A stretch of 63,246 bases of DNA, the filler included, from Conidiobolus incongruus B7586 (Eukaryota): NCBI GenBank assembly GCA_000697335.1. It is 8 parts of 8 records of this genome, joined end to end, with 100 filler letters (N's around TTAATTAATTAA, not from the genome) between each part and the next. Parts side by side here need not be neighbours in the genome. Positions count along the whole stretch, not along the records: positions 6,250 to 14,291 come from JNEM01007447.1; positions 14,392 to 21,067 come from JNEM01007448.1; positions 21,168 to 22,615 come from JNEM01007450.1; positions 22,716 to 28,246 come from JNEM01007451.1; 4 more parts are not named here. One strand, given 5' to 3'. The notes under the pieces are model-generated. The model did no database searches. It saw nothing but the letters and a program-made list of their open reading frames with translations, and was not told the origin of the DNA. Every line of letters begins with the position of its first letter. The stretch's first letter is position 1. Below, in pieces: positions 12,401 to 25,076 of this stretch. A program made the position numbers and the translations under genes.

Positions 12401-14291
12401 AGTTGTCCCGATATTATAATTTGATTATATCAAATAATTTGATAAACTGTAATTTTGAATATTTTAATCAAATTCTCAATCATTTCAATGAGATAAATTT
12501 GGTCAAAATTGGATTATTGAATCCAGAAATTGAATTTGATGTCTTATTTTGATTTGTAATATTTGAAATTTCTATTTGAATTTCAACAAATTTTTCATTG
12601 ATATTATCACAATAGTTGAACTTGTATAGAAAAACCTTGTTCATTTATTATTCTTTATGATTTCAAACATATTCAACGTATGGGCAGTTTAAATCCATGG
12701 TATCCAATCGAAATATTGTTAAAAAGCTAAGAATACCCATAAGTAAAATACAATCTGTTAAAAATGAGTGGATATCATTGAAATTTTAATAATATTTGAT
12801 TTGGATATGAGTTTGTGATATTGGTATAATCCTATAAATGTATAATTTGACTTAAATATTATTAAACAAAACCATTATGATTTTTGATTAATCCAAAAAT
12901 TTCTTTTATAATTAGCAGAGCCAATGCTCAATTAAATAATTGCAAAAAATCATTTGTATTAATCAAATAAAATAGATTAAATAACCATCCAATGAAGCCA
13001 ATATCACTATCCTTCTTAGATCATTAATATGTTTGAAATTTATGTTTATTTATATGTAGAAATGAGCAACTAATATTTCTTGCGTTTGGTGAAATAAAAA
13101 GGGTTTTATAAGTTATATGTTTTTATATAATAATTAAAAATTTATAAATGGTTTATCATATTAAATAAAAAGTATTTGCTGTGACTTGAGCTATATTATT
13201 TACTTATATTCATATATAAGTAAATTCTGCATTTTGATATTTCTGATTATTCAAAAAGAAAATTGAATAAACTCATAAAATTAATATTTGCTAATCTTTT
13301 ATTAGATATAAATTTTGAATTAACACTATTAAATATAAAGTATTTTGAAATTAAAAACAAATTATTATTATATCTTTTTTAAAAACTAAATTTTATTATT
13401 TTATTATATAACTTTATCTTTTTTCTTATGTTTTAACGAATTTTTTACATGCCTTAAAAATTATGATTTTAACAGCTTTGAGTTTCTTATTATTTTTGAA
13501 ATATATGTATTATTTGGATAATATATTAATGTTTTGCCAGATATATAATTATATATAATAAATATTGATAACATATATTATCATGGGTTATATAGAAACT
13601 GAATTAAACTCTATTTTGATAAAATCATGGTTTATCATTGAGTAATAATTTCAAATAATATAGGAAATATCAAGATTAAATTACCAGGTTATTGACTAGA
13701 TATAGTTGATTATAATTTAATATAATAGTCGTTTACCATATCAATAAAATGACATATTTATATATTAACTATTAAACGTTGATTTAAAAAACTTGGAATT
13801 TATGGTTATAATAAAATAATCTTATCTAAACATACATGAATCAAAATTTATATATATTAAGAATATTCCAATATCACAAACTCATATCCAAATCAAATAT
13901 TATTAAAATTTCAATGATATCCACTCATTTTTAACAGATTGTATTTTACTTATGGGTATTCTTAGCTTTTTAACAATATTTCGATTGGATACCATGGATT
14001 TAAACTGCCCATACGTTGAATATGTTTGAAATCATAAAGAATAATAAATGAACAAGGTTTTTCTATACAAGTTCAACTATTGTGATAATATCAATGAAAA
14101 ATTTGTTGAAATTCAAATAGAAATTTCAAATATTACAAATCAAAATAAGACATCAAATTCAATTTCTGGATTCAATAATCCAATTTTGACCAAATTTATC
14201 TCATTGAAATGATTGAGAATTTGATTAAAATATTCAAAATTACAGTTTATCAAATTATTTGATATAATCAAATTATAATATCGGGACAACT
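12401..14291. repeat. Apparently perfect 424-bp inverted repeat (12401-12824 and 13868-14291) with a spacer of about 1.04 kb
   Basis: AGTTGTCCCGATATTATAAT...GTGATATTGG is the reverse complement of 13868-14291. The second arm ends exactly at an assembly gap. Confidence 0.85.
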
Positions 14292-14391
14292 NNNNNNNNN
14301 NNNNNNNNNNNNNNNNNNNNNNNNNNNNNNNNNNNTTAATTAATTAANNNNNNNNNNNNNNNNNNNNNNNNNNNNNNNNNNNNNNNNNNNN

Positions 14392-17300
14392 TAATTTCTG
14401 ATCTTTCAAATATATTATATATTTTGAAAGATTATATATATATATTATATATAGGAAAATAAATTTTTTTAAACTATATATATATATTCAATTTAAATGA
14501 TTTTTTTATTAATATATTTTGATTTTAAAATTTATATTTAAATTTAATTATGCTTAAATTAGATTGTGATTATTAAAAGGCTTTTATTTTTATATCTTTA
14601 AAACTTAACCATAAACCCTCTAAAATCATCTAAAACTTGTAAACAGCTTATAAAAATGTTGTTTTATTTAAAACTACTATATATCACTAGATTTGTGATT
14701 TTAAAGTTAGAAGGGACATTATTTAGAATTTCCAAAATCTAAAAGACTATCATAATATACTTATATTTACCTAATAACTATACAAGCCTAATTGTAAAAC
14801 CTTAATAATAGAGGAACTTTTATCTTCTAACTATTAGATTAATAAACCCCTTTTCCTTTAAATTAATATAAATATCTTATCTATTTAAAGTATTAACTAT
14901 AAGTAGAATATATATATCAATTATCAACAAAACTAATTTATAATAAATTTATTATTACTATTATTAAGAATAACCTTCCTTGAATAATATAGAAATGGTT
15001 CTTCACTATATCTATATTTAATATAACTAATAAGTTTAACTTTAACCTTTTATTATTTTTTTAAGATTATATATTATGCTTTATACTTTTCTATTTATAT
15101 TAACTTTCTTTTATAATATCCTAGGATTTTTAATTAACAATAATATTAGATTCTTATATAAGATATTAATAGTTATAATAATATTTTATATATTTAATAC
15201 TTTAAGGGAATATTATTCTTAACTCTCTAAACCTTAAATTAATTTATATTTATTTAATCTTGATATTATATTTTACTTTCTTTTTTTAAAATTAAATATT
15301 AAAGTATTATCTATATCTTTTATTGTTATTATCTATTAGATTTTTGTTTACCAATATATATTAACTATGCTTATAATATTTATCATAGTAGTTATAGTAA
15401 TAAAACCTTTACTTAATTTAATAATGAAAAAAAAAATTCAATAAAATTAACGCTAAGTAATTATTAATAACTATATTAGCTTATTTAATCTTATACTTTC
15501 TAGCTAAATTATATATAATAGAGCTATATTTAATACTATATTTTTAAGGAATTATAAAGATATTAACTTATATATTTAGAAATTTAACTAATATATTAAC
15601 TATTACAACTAAAACTACAATAAAGATTCTATTAAAATAAACTTAATAAAGAACTTATTACATGAAAAAGTTTATACTTAAGCTAAAGCTATATTAAAAA
15701 AACCTATTTTATTTAATAACTTCATAGAATTTAAGAGAAGATTCTATATATTCTTTAGATTTAAAAATTCCTTAGATAAAATTAATATCCAGATAAAAAA
15801 ATATACTTAAAGAGTTAAAGAACTTGTTAGCAGGTATATTATTAAATATATAAACTTGTTGAAAAAATCTACATTATTTTTTAAAGTCTAAAATATATAT
15901 TTCATTGATAATTTACTCCCTTACTGGAAAGAAAAACTTAATAAAATATCAACTAGCAATTTATTTTAAGAAATTATAAAAAAACAATTAAATTAGAATA
16001 ACAAAATTTACCAAGTAATTATTAATTAAAACCTTGTTTATACCTAGTTAATTAAAATGTAAAATCTAATAACTATATCCTTCTATAATAAAAAGTTTAT
16101 AGAATATCCTTGAACTTATATTTGATATATGTTAAACTTAGATATCAAAAGATAAACTACAGATTCAACTTAGATAATTAAAAAACTCAATATGTTTCTA
16201 AAATAACTACTACTAATATAAAACAAACAAAACTAAACTCACCAGAGTTAAATAGTGATAAACTATTAACTACTATCTTAAACTAAACTTTTATCCCTAT
16301 TTTATACTTATTTATTAAAATTAAAATGGAAGAAATTAAACTACATTGTATAATTGATACTAGTGGTTTAAAATATTATATATTAAAAGAATTAGCAAGA
16401 AAGTATAGGTTTAAATATAGCTTAAACAATAAACCTTATAGAATTATCATTGCTAATAATAAAATAATAAATAATAAAAACCTAATCATATACCCTATTA
16501 TAGTATTTATTGAAGATATTAATATTACAATATAATTTCACTTGATTGATTCACCTATATTAGTTATTTTATGAATTTAATTTCTTAACAAACTATCCCC
16601 TTGTATTAATTTTATAACTAGACAAATTATAATTACTAAACCTTTAATATCTCTTATTAAAATCCCTTTCTTTAAAATAAAACTAAATAAATTGTACTTT
16701 ATGTTTAAAAATAATAAACTAAATATTTTACCAAATTATCATCAATTTAAAAGGGTTTTTTCTAAAAAGCTTGTTAGTAAACTTCCAAAATACTCTAATA
16801 TAAACTATGCTATTAATTTAACTAATAAACAGTTATTACGAAACTTAACTATGTACTTAATAATTAGAGAATAGAGTGACTATTTAAAAGAGTATTTAAA
16901 AGAATATTTAAAAAAAAGTTTAATCTATTACTCTTCATCTCTTATTAATGCCCTTATATTATTTATTAGAAAAAAAAGGTATCTGGAGAATTTATTATGA
17001 TTATCAAAAGCTAAACAACCTAACTATTAAAAACAACTTTCTATTATTATTAATTATTAAGTTTTTTAATTAAGTGAAAGATACAAAAATATATACAAGA
17101 TTAAATTTATATAATATTTATCACTTAATCTAAATTAAAACTAGGAATGAATAGAAAATAGCTTTTAAATGCTGATTTAATTTGTTTAAATAGTTAATCA
17201 TACCTTTTAGTTTAATTAACATATTTGCTATATTTCAACAATATATTACAAAGGTTTTATATCTATTCCTTAACCTATTTGTTATAATTTATTTAGATGA

Positions 17301-20300
17301 TATATTAATATATAGCTTAAATAAAGAAGAATATATTCACCATATTTAATAAATACTAAGAAATTTAGAAGACAATAATTTATATATTAAATTAAAGAAA
17401 AGTAAATTCTATATTAAGTCAACTACTTTTTTAAGATATTATATCACTCTAAAAAGAATTTTTAATAATATTAACTAAGTTAAAGATATTGTAAATTAGA
17501 AGATTTCTAGTGATAAGAAAAAAATATAGAGTTTTTTTAGTATGGTAAATTTCTTAAAGATGTTTATTCTTAGCTTTAGTAAAATTACACTTTTTTTAAC
17601 TAAACTCACCAAATAAGATAAATTATTTAAATAAAACCTAAACACCTAATTTGCTTTTAAACAATTTATTTACTTATTAACTAACACTCGTATACTATGT
17701 TATCTTAACAATAATCTACTATATAAATTATACACTAATATCTTAAACTTTACTATAGGTATAGTATTAAAGCAAAAATAGTATTTTATTAGATATTTTT
17801 CTTGAAAATTTATTCTAGCTGAAATTAATTATGAGATATATAATAAAGAATTATTAAGTATTATAAAAACTTTAAAGCATTTTTAAGTTTATATATTATT
17901 TTCCCTATACACTATAATAATATACTTTAATTACAAAAGCCTTAAATATTTTATATTAACTAAACTATTAAATTCTAAACAAATCTATTAGAGTTTAACT
18001 TTCTCACAATATAACTTCAAAATCAAACATATAGCTGGTTTAAAAAATTCAATTATTGATAAATTTAGTTATAATCATTTATATAAAATCACTTCTAATA
18101 AACTACTCTAAGTTAATTAAAAAACTCTATTAACCTTTAATTATCTTTACACCTTATTTGAATTATTACACCCTAATGAAAAAATTGTTAAGAATATCTA
18201 AAAAACTATAAAAAATAATAAAACTATAAAAAATATGATAAAATTAATCTTATAGTATAAAATAAATAAATACACAGAATTTAATGGGTTGATTTATTAT
18301 AATAACTTAATTATAATTTTTAATATAAAAAACAAGTATGTTATCTTAAAACAATGTTATAACAATATTACTACAGGTTATAGTAGAATCAATAAGACTT
18401 TAGAAATCATCATTAGATAGTTTACCTAGTTTAAATTAAAATAATTAGTTACTAAATATATCAACAAATGCTAATCATGTTTTATTAATTAATTTAATAA
18501 TTAAACTCTAAATAGTTTTTTACAATCTTTACTTATACTTTATACTTTATTTATATCAATATCTATAGATTTTATTATACCTCTATTTAATTTAAAAAGG
18601 TTCAATATTATTTTAGTGATTATAGATTACTTAACTAAAATTGTTTAGTTTATACCATATAGAAACAATATAAATACTTCTGAATATGCTAAGTTATTTA
18701 TAAATAATTATTCTAAAAGATTTAAAACCCCTCACAATATTGTAAGTAATTACAATAAAATATTTATATTTTAATATTGGTAAAATTTCACCAAGAATAT
18801 TAGAACACAACTTTAGATATTTTTAAGATATTATTTTTTAAACTAATAGTTAAATTAAATAAAATAACCAAATTTTAAAATAATACCTTAAATACTATAT
18901 GATTTACAAATAAAAAAACTAGATAGATTTGCTTCCTTTAGTAGAATTTGCTTATAATAACTCTTATCACAAATTAATTAAAATAAACCCTTTTAAAGCT
19001 TTAAAAGATTATAACTTATTTTTTATAACTAGTAAAGTTAATACTAAATTTCCTAAATTAAAAGAGTATATCTAATTAATAATTACTTTATATAACAAAC
19101 TATTTAAAACCTTCTAACAAGTATAAAAAGATTATAAGATAGTATATGATAGAAAATCAACAAAAAATAAGGATATTAACTTCAATAAAGAATTAATATT
19201 TATTAGTACTAGAAACTTAAAATTAATGAGACCTTTTAAGAAACTCAATACTAAATTTATCAAATCTTTTTTAGTTATAAAAAAAATTAATAATGATACC
19301 TATCAGATTAAATTACCCAAAAAACTCAGAATATACAATGTTTTCCATCTATCACAACTAAAAGCTATACCAAAAAATTTTAATTTTAAATAATAAACTT
19401 TACCTGGTTAAATTAAAAATACAGAAGACAAATATAAAATTAACAAGATATTTAATAGATATATTACTTATAATAAAGAATATTATTTAATTTACTAGAA
19501 AAAATAACTTATAGTAGAATAATAATAGATTTAAGTTAAAAACATTAATACTTTTAAATTAATCAATAAGTTCTTTAAGAAGCTTAAGAACTTAACTTAA
19601 GAGAGAGAGATGTTGCAATATACTTATATTTACCTAATAACTATATAAGCTTAATTATAAAACCTCAATAATAGAGGAATTTCTATCTTTTAACTATTAG
19701 ATTAATAAACCCCTTTTCCTTTAGATTAATATAAATATCTTATCTACTTAAAATATTAACTATAAGTAGAATATCTATATTAATTATCAGCAAAACCAAT
19801 TTATAATAAATTTATTATTGCTATTATTAAGAATAACTTTCCTTAAATAATATAGAAATGGTTCTTCACTATATCTATATTTAATATAATTAATAAGTTT
19901 AACCTTAACCTTTTATTATTTTCTTTAAAATTATATATTATGCTTTATACTTTTTTATTTATATTAACTCTTTTTTATAATATTTTAGGATTTTTAATTA
20001 AAAATAATATTAGATTCTTATATAAGATATTAATAGTTGTGATAATGTTTTATATATTTAATACCCTAAAGGAATACTATTCCTAGCTTTTTAAACCTTA
20101 GATTAATTTATATTTGTTTAGTTTTAATAAAATTAATTTCTACTGTTACTTTTTTATTTACTAATAAAGTAAAAAAATATATTAAAAAATACCTTTTTAT
20201 TTCTATTAAAGAATTATCAAAACTGTTTAATATTAATTATATAAGTATACTATATTTACTTAAGTTTAAACTTAGATTAATTAATAAAAATATAAAATAG

Positions 20301-21062
20301 ATACCTTATAATTTAACAAAAGCCTAAAAGAAAATTAGAGTAATTATAGCTAAACTAAACTTATTAAGGTATAACTAAAAACAAAGGTTTTAATAACAAA
20401 TACTTATAATTAATGAATCTTAAATTTTTTTATATAATCTTTTCTTTAAAAATAAAACAAAATATTAAGTTAAACTAAATTAATCCCCTTTATAAATTCT
20501 AATGAATAAATATTTTAAATATAAGCAAATATTGATTATTATAATAGATTATAATATTATATAGTTTTTTTATTTAATATCTCTAGGAAAATTAATTAAT
20601 AGTAAGTTATATATTACTTTTTTAAATAAAACAATTTCTAAATGGTGTTCTCAATATAAATTAAAAACACTTATTATTTTGCATGATAATTGCAAAATAC
20701 ATAAAGTTAAAGCTATAAAAGATTTTTTATATAAAAAAAATTAAAGGGAGTTATCATATCTAGTATATTCACTTAATTATAACCTATGTGATTATAATTG
20801 TTTTAGATAATTAAAAAAATAGCTTATAGGAAAAAAATTCCTACAAACAAATTAAATTGGTTTGTGAAATATTAAATTTCAGTTCTTAATAAAAAAAACT
20901 ATTTTTTAATTATTAGAAGCTTATCAAAGATATAGAAAAAAGTTATTAATAATAAAAGAGGATATTAATTTTATATTATTCATTAATTTTTATTTATTAT
21001 TTATTAATTTATTTATTTAATTTCAATTATAAAATTATACCATTATTTAATTTCTGCATTAA
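14392..21062 (+). mobile_element. Degenerate mariner interrupted by an LTR retrotransposon (mariner parts 14392-14747 and 20130-21062)
   Basis: MLKLDCDY*KAFIFISLKLNHKPSKII... starts near 14550. The sequence resumes at 20130 with K*IPYNL, LHDNCKI and YSLNYNLCDY relics. The right TIR ends at 21062 followed by TA; the left TIR is lost in the gap. Confidence 0.85.
14748..20129 (+). mobile_element. Ty3/gypsy chromovirus family B, full-length and degenerate (LTRs 14748-15265 and 19611-20129)
   Basis: Direct LTRs of about 518 bp. Protease relic IIDTSG near 16350. RT VIIYLDDILIYS at 17281-17316. RNase H relics YTNILNFTIG and AEINYEIYNKELL. Integrase relics ISIDFI and IYNVFHLSQLK. Chromodomain relic near 19425-19530. 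Purine tract AAGAGAGAGAGA before the 3' LTR. Candidate 4-bp TSD AGAC/AAAT. Confidence 0.93.
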
Positions 21063-21167
21063 TAATANNNNNNNNNNNNNNNNNNNNNNNNNNNNNNNNN
21101 NNNNNNNNNNNTTAATTAATTAANNNNNNNNNNNNNNNNNNNNNNNNNNNNNNNNNNNNNNNNNNNN

Positions 21168-22615
21168 TCTCAACTAAAATATGGTAAACTTATTCCCCTA
21201 CAAGTCCCTAATGAAACTTAGCAACAAATCCAGCTTGATTTCATAGAAATCCCTAAATCAACAAATGGTTATGATAACTTACTAATTACAATTGATTCAT
21301 TTTCCAAATATGTTTATTTTATTCCTTGTTTCAAAACTTCTACAGCTAAAGATGTTGCACAATTGTTATTCTCCAATATCTTTACCCACCATAGAATTCC
21401 ACAAACTATTGTATCTGATAGAGATGTATAATTCAACTCCTGATTCTAGAAGTCACTATCCTTTTCCCTTAAGATTAACCTAGCTATGTCTACTACCAAT
21501 CATTACCAAACCAATAGACTTGCTGAAAAAACTATCAAAACCTTAAAGCAAATGATTAGAGCCTATATTAACACTAATCAGTTAAATTGGGATACCTATA
21601 TCTACCAACTCTAATATTCATTCAACACCTTTATCAATAAATCAACAGGTTTTAACCCTTATTTCATCAATTATAGCAAACATCCTAACTTAATAATCAC
21701 TCCAAAACTTCAAATCAACTTACCTTTGGACATTGTTGAATTTTAATCCAATATCAAACATATTAATTCTCTTGTTAAATTTAACTTAGAAGAAAATCAA
21801 AGGATCATGGAACAACAATACTCAAAGTTATCTAGAAACCCTCTTAAATATGAAACTAGTATGTTTGTATACTTAGAACAATCTGCCCTTAAACCTACCC
21901 TACTTAAATCTGGCTTAAATCCCAAATACTTACTATTATATTATAGTCCCTATAAAATTCAATCTATTGATTCAAATTTTGAAAATATTACCTTGGAATT
22001 ACCTCCAACTTTGAGGATCAACCCTACCTTTCACATATCTAAAATTAAACCATACTTTGAAGATTTTAACACTTTTCCTAATTGATTTAAAACCCCAAAA
22101 CTAGATCCAATTATTAATCAAGATGGAGAAGAAGAATACTATGTTGATTATATAATTAAGTCTAAATTTATTAGGGATAAGCTTTATTTTTATGTAAAAT
22201 AGATGGGTTATCCTATTAAAGAAGCTATATAGGAACCTCTAGAAAATATTAAGAATACCTCAGCTTATTATACCTATTTGCAAAAATTAGGGAGTGTGTC
22301 TCCTCTAAGAAACTTACTAGGGGAGTGTTAAGAGACTAGTTCTTTAAATTCTTATATACACTTTCATATAATCCAATTAACTATAAATTATATAATTAAT
22401 TTATACTTATATAGTTAAATTAATTGTATAAATAGTATTAAATTATCTAATAAACTAGGTTCCTCTTTTTCCTCTCAACTCTTACTATTTTTTACTTTCA
22501 CACTATTTCTAAGATTGAGACTATATTCTATCAATATTGTAGGATATTGGCACTACCTAATATAAATCTTAATATATTGGTGACTCATCCTAGTTCAAAG
22601 CTTAATTAAACTTTG
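21168..22615 (+). mobile_element. Chromovirus family A, 3' part (integrase C-terminus, chromodomain, PPT, partial 3' LTR from 22326)
   Basis: Reverse complement of about 26790-28236. SPYKI...LRINPTFHISKIKPY (GPY/F module). Chromodomain EEYYVDYII...YVK*MGYP...*EPLENI. PPT AGGGGAG before TGTTAAG. Confidence 0.92.
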
Positions 22616-22715
22616 NNNNNNNNNNNNNNNNNNNNNNNNNNNNNNNNNNNNNNNNNNNNTTAATTAATTAANNNNNNNNNNNNNNNNNNNNNNNNNNNNN
22701 NNNNNNNNNNNNNNN

Positions 22716-22753
<38 letters not shown>

Positions 22754-22861
22754 GTGAAAGTATTTACTTTCTGATATATTTTATAAATTCATAATCTTTT
22801 AATACTTATAAAATGTTTGAAAAAAATTAAAAAAAATTCCATTTCATAATTTCCATATTAA
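22716..22861 (-). mobile_element. Mariner 5' end fragment with (TA)n tract
   Basis: The reverse complement TA|TTAATATGGAAATTATGAAATGGAATTTTTT resembles the left end of the mariner at 62425. Confidence 0.6.
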
Positions 22862-23279
22862 TATTTATTTATTTTGGTAATTTATATACTATAGTATTTA
22901 TTAATTTTTCATACTAAAAAAAGACTCATTGTTTAAATTCCAAAGTAATATCTATAAATTATTATTGATTTTTGAAAAAAATAAAATACATATAAAATGG
23001 TTCATTCAATAAATATAACAATATATCTGTATAAGAGATAGTCCATCAACTAAAGAATTTCATATTATATAATTTGAATTTATTTCTAAATATTAGATAT
23101 AAAGTTTTGAAATATATTTAATCGTGAACACTAAGGATAATAAAACCATATTAAGAGTGAAAATTATGAACAAAATACCTCGATATTATCCACAAATTTT
23201 TACTGATTAATGAGCTTATTTTATATTTTAATGAAATTAAAATTCGTTTATTAAAAAATTGATATATTAATTATATTAA

Positions 23280-25076
23280 TTAAAGATTGGGTACGATAGC
23301 ATCGGCAGCTTTCATACCTAATAAATACAAGAAAAGAACAGGGAAATACCCAGGTAAGTTAGGCATAACTGACAAATCCACAACTCTAAGATTATTGACG
23401 CCTCGGACTTTGAAATTGCCATCAAGAACGGCGTTAGGATCGTCATCCCTTCCAATCTTCATGGTGCCGGTAGCGTGATGGCCCCATGCGGTCTTGCGGA
23501 TATAATCTTCAAGGTCGGCGTCCAAGGTAACTTTGGCGCCGGGACGGACTTCCTTGTAATTCAAATTGGTCCTAGCCATGGTCTTGCGAATGTCCTTGAT
23601 GCCCTTGATGATAGCTGAAATGTCCTTGTCGCCGCCTTGCTCGAAGTAGTGGAAGTTGATGTAAGGAGTATCACGAGGGTCGTTGGATTCCAATCTGAGA
23701 ACACCAGCTCTGTTCAAACCATGGGCTTTGAGATTCAAGAAACTGAAAGTACGATGAGAAGCAGCAGATTCGGCAGGAACACCGGGATGGTAGCCGTAGA
23801 AATTCAAAGGGAAGTTGAAGTAGACCATATCGGGTTCAGTCAATGAGGGATCAGATTTGATACTCTTAGCGGACAAGTATCCGGCAACGGAGTAGGGGCC
23901 GGTACCATAGTCAAGGTATTTGGCATAGCAGGGATCAGAGCGGTCGGCTTTGAATTTACAGCCTTCGAGTAAGCCAAGATCTTCGTCGAATTCGAAATTT
24001 ACAGAAACTTCATATCTATCGTGGAGATTCTTACCAACACCAGGTAAATGCACCTTGGAAGTGATTCCCACAGCGGCTAATTCGTCTTTGTGGCCAATAC
24101 CTGACAACATAGCCAATTGAGGAGAGTTGAAAGTGCCAGCAGAAATGATGACTTCCTTCTTGGCGTAGACATTTTCAAGCTTGGGAAGTGGCTTATTTTC
24201 GCGACGAGCAATTGGACTAGCTCTGTACAAATGTTCACCTTTAGCAAATTCGACACCAGTGGCAGTAGTGCCATTCAAAATAATCTTAGTAACCAAGGTT
24301 TCAGTCCAAATAGTTAATTTGGGGTCGTTGCGACGAGTTTTCAAGTATTCGGGAATACCTCTGCGGAAGGGTTGACCTTTGCTCAATTCGTCAATGTTGG
24401 ATCTAGGTAAGAAATCGGATTCCTTATCAGTGTTGAGTCTACCGTGACTGTCATAGCCATTGGGATCGTAGCCCGTAATACTGTCGAAATAGGGTCCCGA
24501 GATTAGTTTAGCCAAACCAAGTAACTTGGTATCAAAATCTAAAATACGGAATACATTCAAAGTGGAAAGAGGTAACCATTTGCGAGAACGTTCTTCATCA
24601 CTATCACTGGCACGGTATAAGGAAATAGTTTCTAGATATTTGCGGAAAGAGGGTTCGGCCCAAGATTTATCGCCTGTTAATTTGACCATCTCGTTGAAAT
24701 CTCTGGAGTTGGGATATACGTGAAGCATACTGTTGTGGAGGGTACAGCCACCGAGACCGGAAGCTTTGGGGTAGAGAACTCTCTGTCTCAAGCCGGTGGA
24801 TTCGTCATAGTGTTTGACCCAGTAATCCCATTGGATTTGTTCAGTTTCCAAAGCGTTGAATTGGAAAGCTGGTACGGTAATATTAGGATGTAAATAATCC
24901 TTACCAGCATCAATCAACAGGGTGGAGAAACCCTTTCTAGCTAATTCTGTAGCGACCATGGATCCGGCAGGACCGGCGCCCACGACAATGTAGTCATAGC
25001 TACTGTTTTGAGAACTGGCTGATTCTAACAGAAAGTAAATGATACTAAAACAGGCAAGAAAATTAATTAACTGCAT
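23280..25076 (-). CDS. Secreted GMC (glucose-methanol-choline) oxidoreductase, 598 aa, intronless
   Basis: Signal peptide. YDYIVVGAGPAG FAD-binding motif, GLGGCTLHNSM, EVIISAGTFNSPQL, GVGKNLHD, WGHHATGT and GVNNLRVVDLS. Confidence 0.95.
   Translation of the reverse strand: MQLINFLACFSIIYFLLESASSQNSSYDYIVVGAGPAGSMVATELARKGFSTLLIDAGKDYLHPNITVPAFQFNALETEQIQWDYWVKHYDESTGLRQRVLYPKASGLGGCTLHNSMLHVYPNSRDFNEMVKLTGDKSWAEPSFRKYLETISLYRASDSDEERSRKWLPLSTLNVFRILDFDTKLLGLAKLISGPYFDSITGYDPNGYDSHGRLNTDKESDFLPRSNIDELSKGQPFRRGIPEYLKTRRNDPKLTIWTETLVTKIILNGTTATGVEFAKGEHLYRASPIARRENKPLPKLENVYAKKEVIISAGTFNSPQLAMLSGIGHKDELAAVGITSKVHLPGVGKNLHDRYEVSVNFEFDEDLGLLEGCKFKADRSDPCYAKYLDYGTGPYSVAGYLSAKSIKSDPSLTEPDMVYFNFPLNFYGYHPGVPAESAASHRTFSFLNLKAHGLNRAGVLRLESNDPRDTPYINFHYFEQGGDKDISAIIKGIKDIRKTMARTNLNYKEVRPGAKVTLDADLEDYIRKTAWGHHATGTMKIGRDDDPNAVLDGNFKVRGVNNLRVVDLSVMPNLPGYFPVLFLYLLGMKAADAIVPNL

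Noticed and set aside
15300..19600. Possible alternative genetic code (TAG/TAA at conserved Trp/Gln positions)
   Set aside because: Confined to transposons and explained by G>A/C>T changes. Host genes use standard TGG/CAA codons and standard stops.
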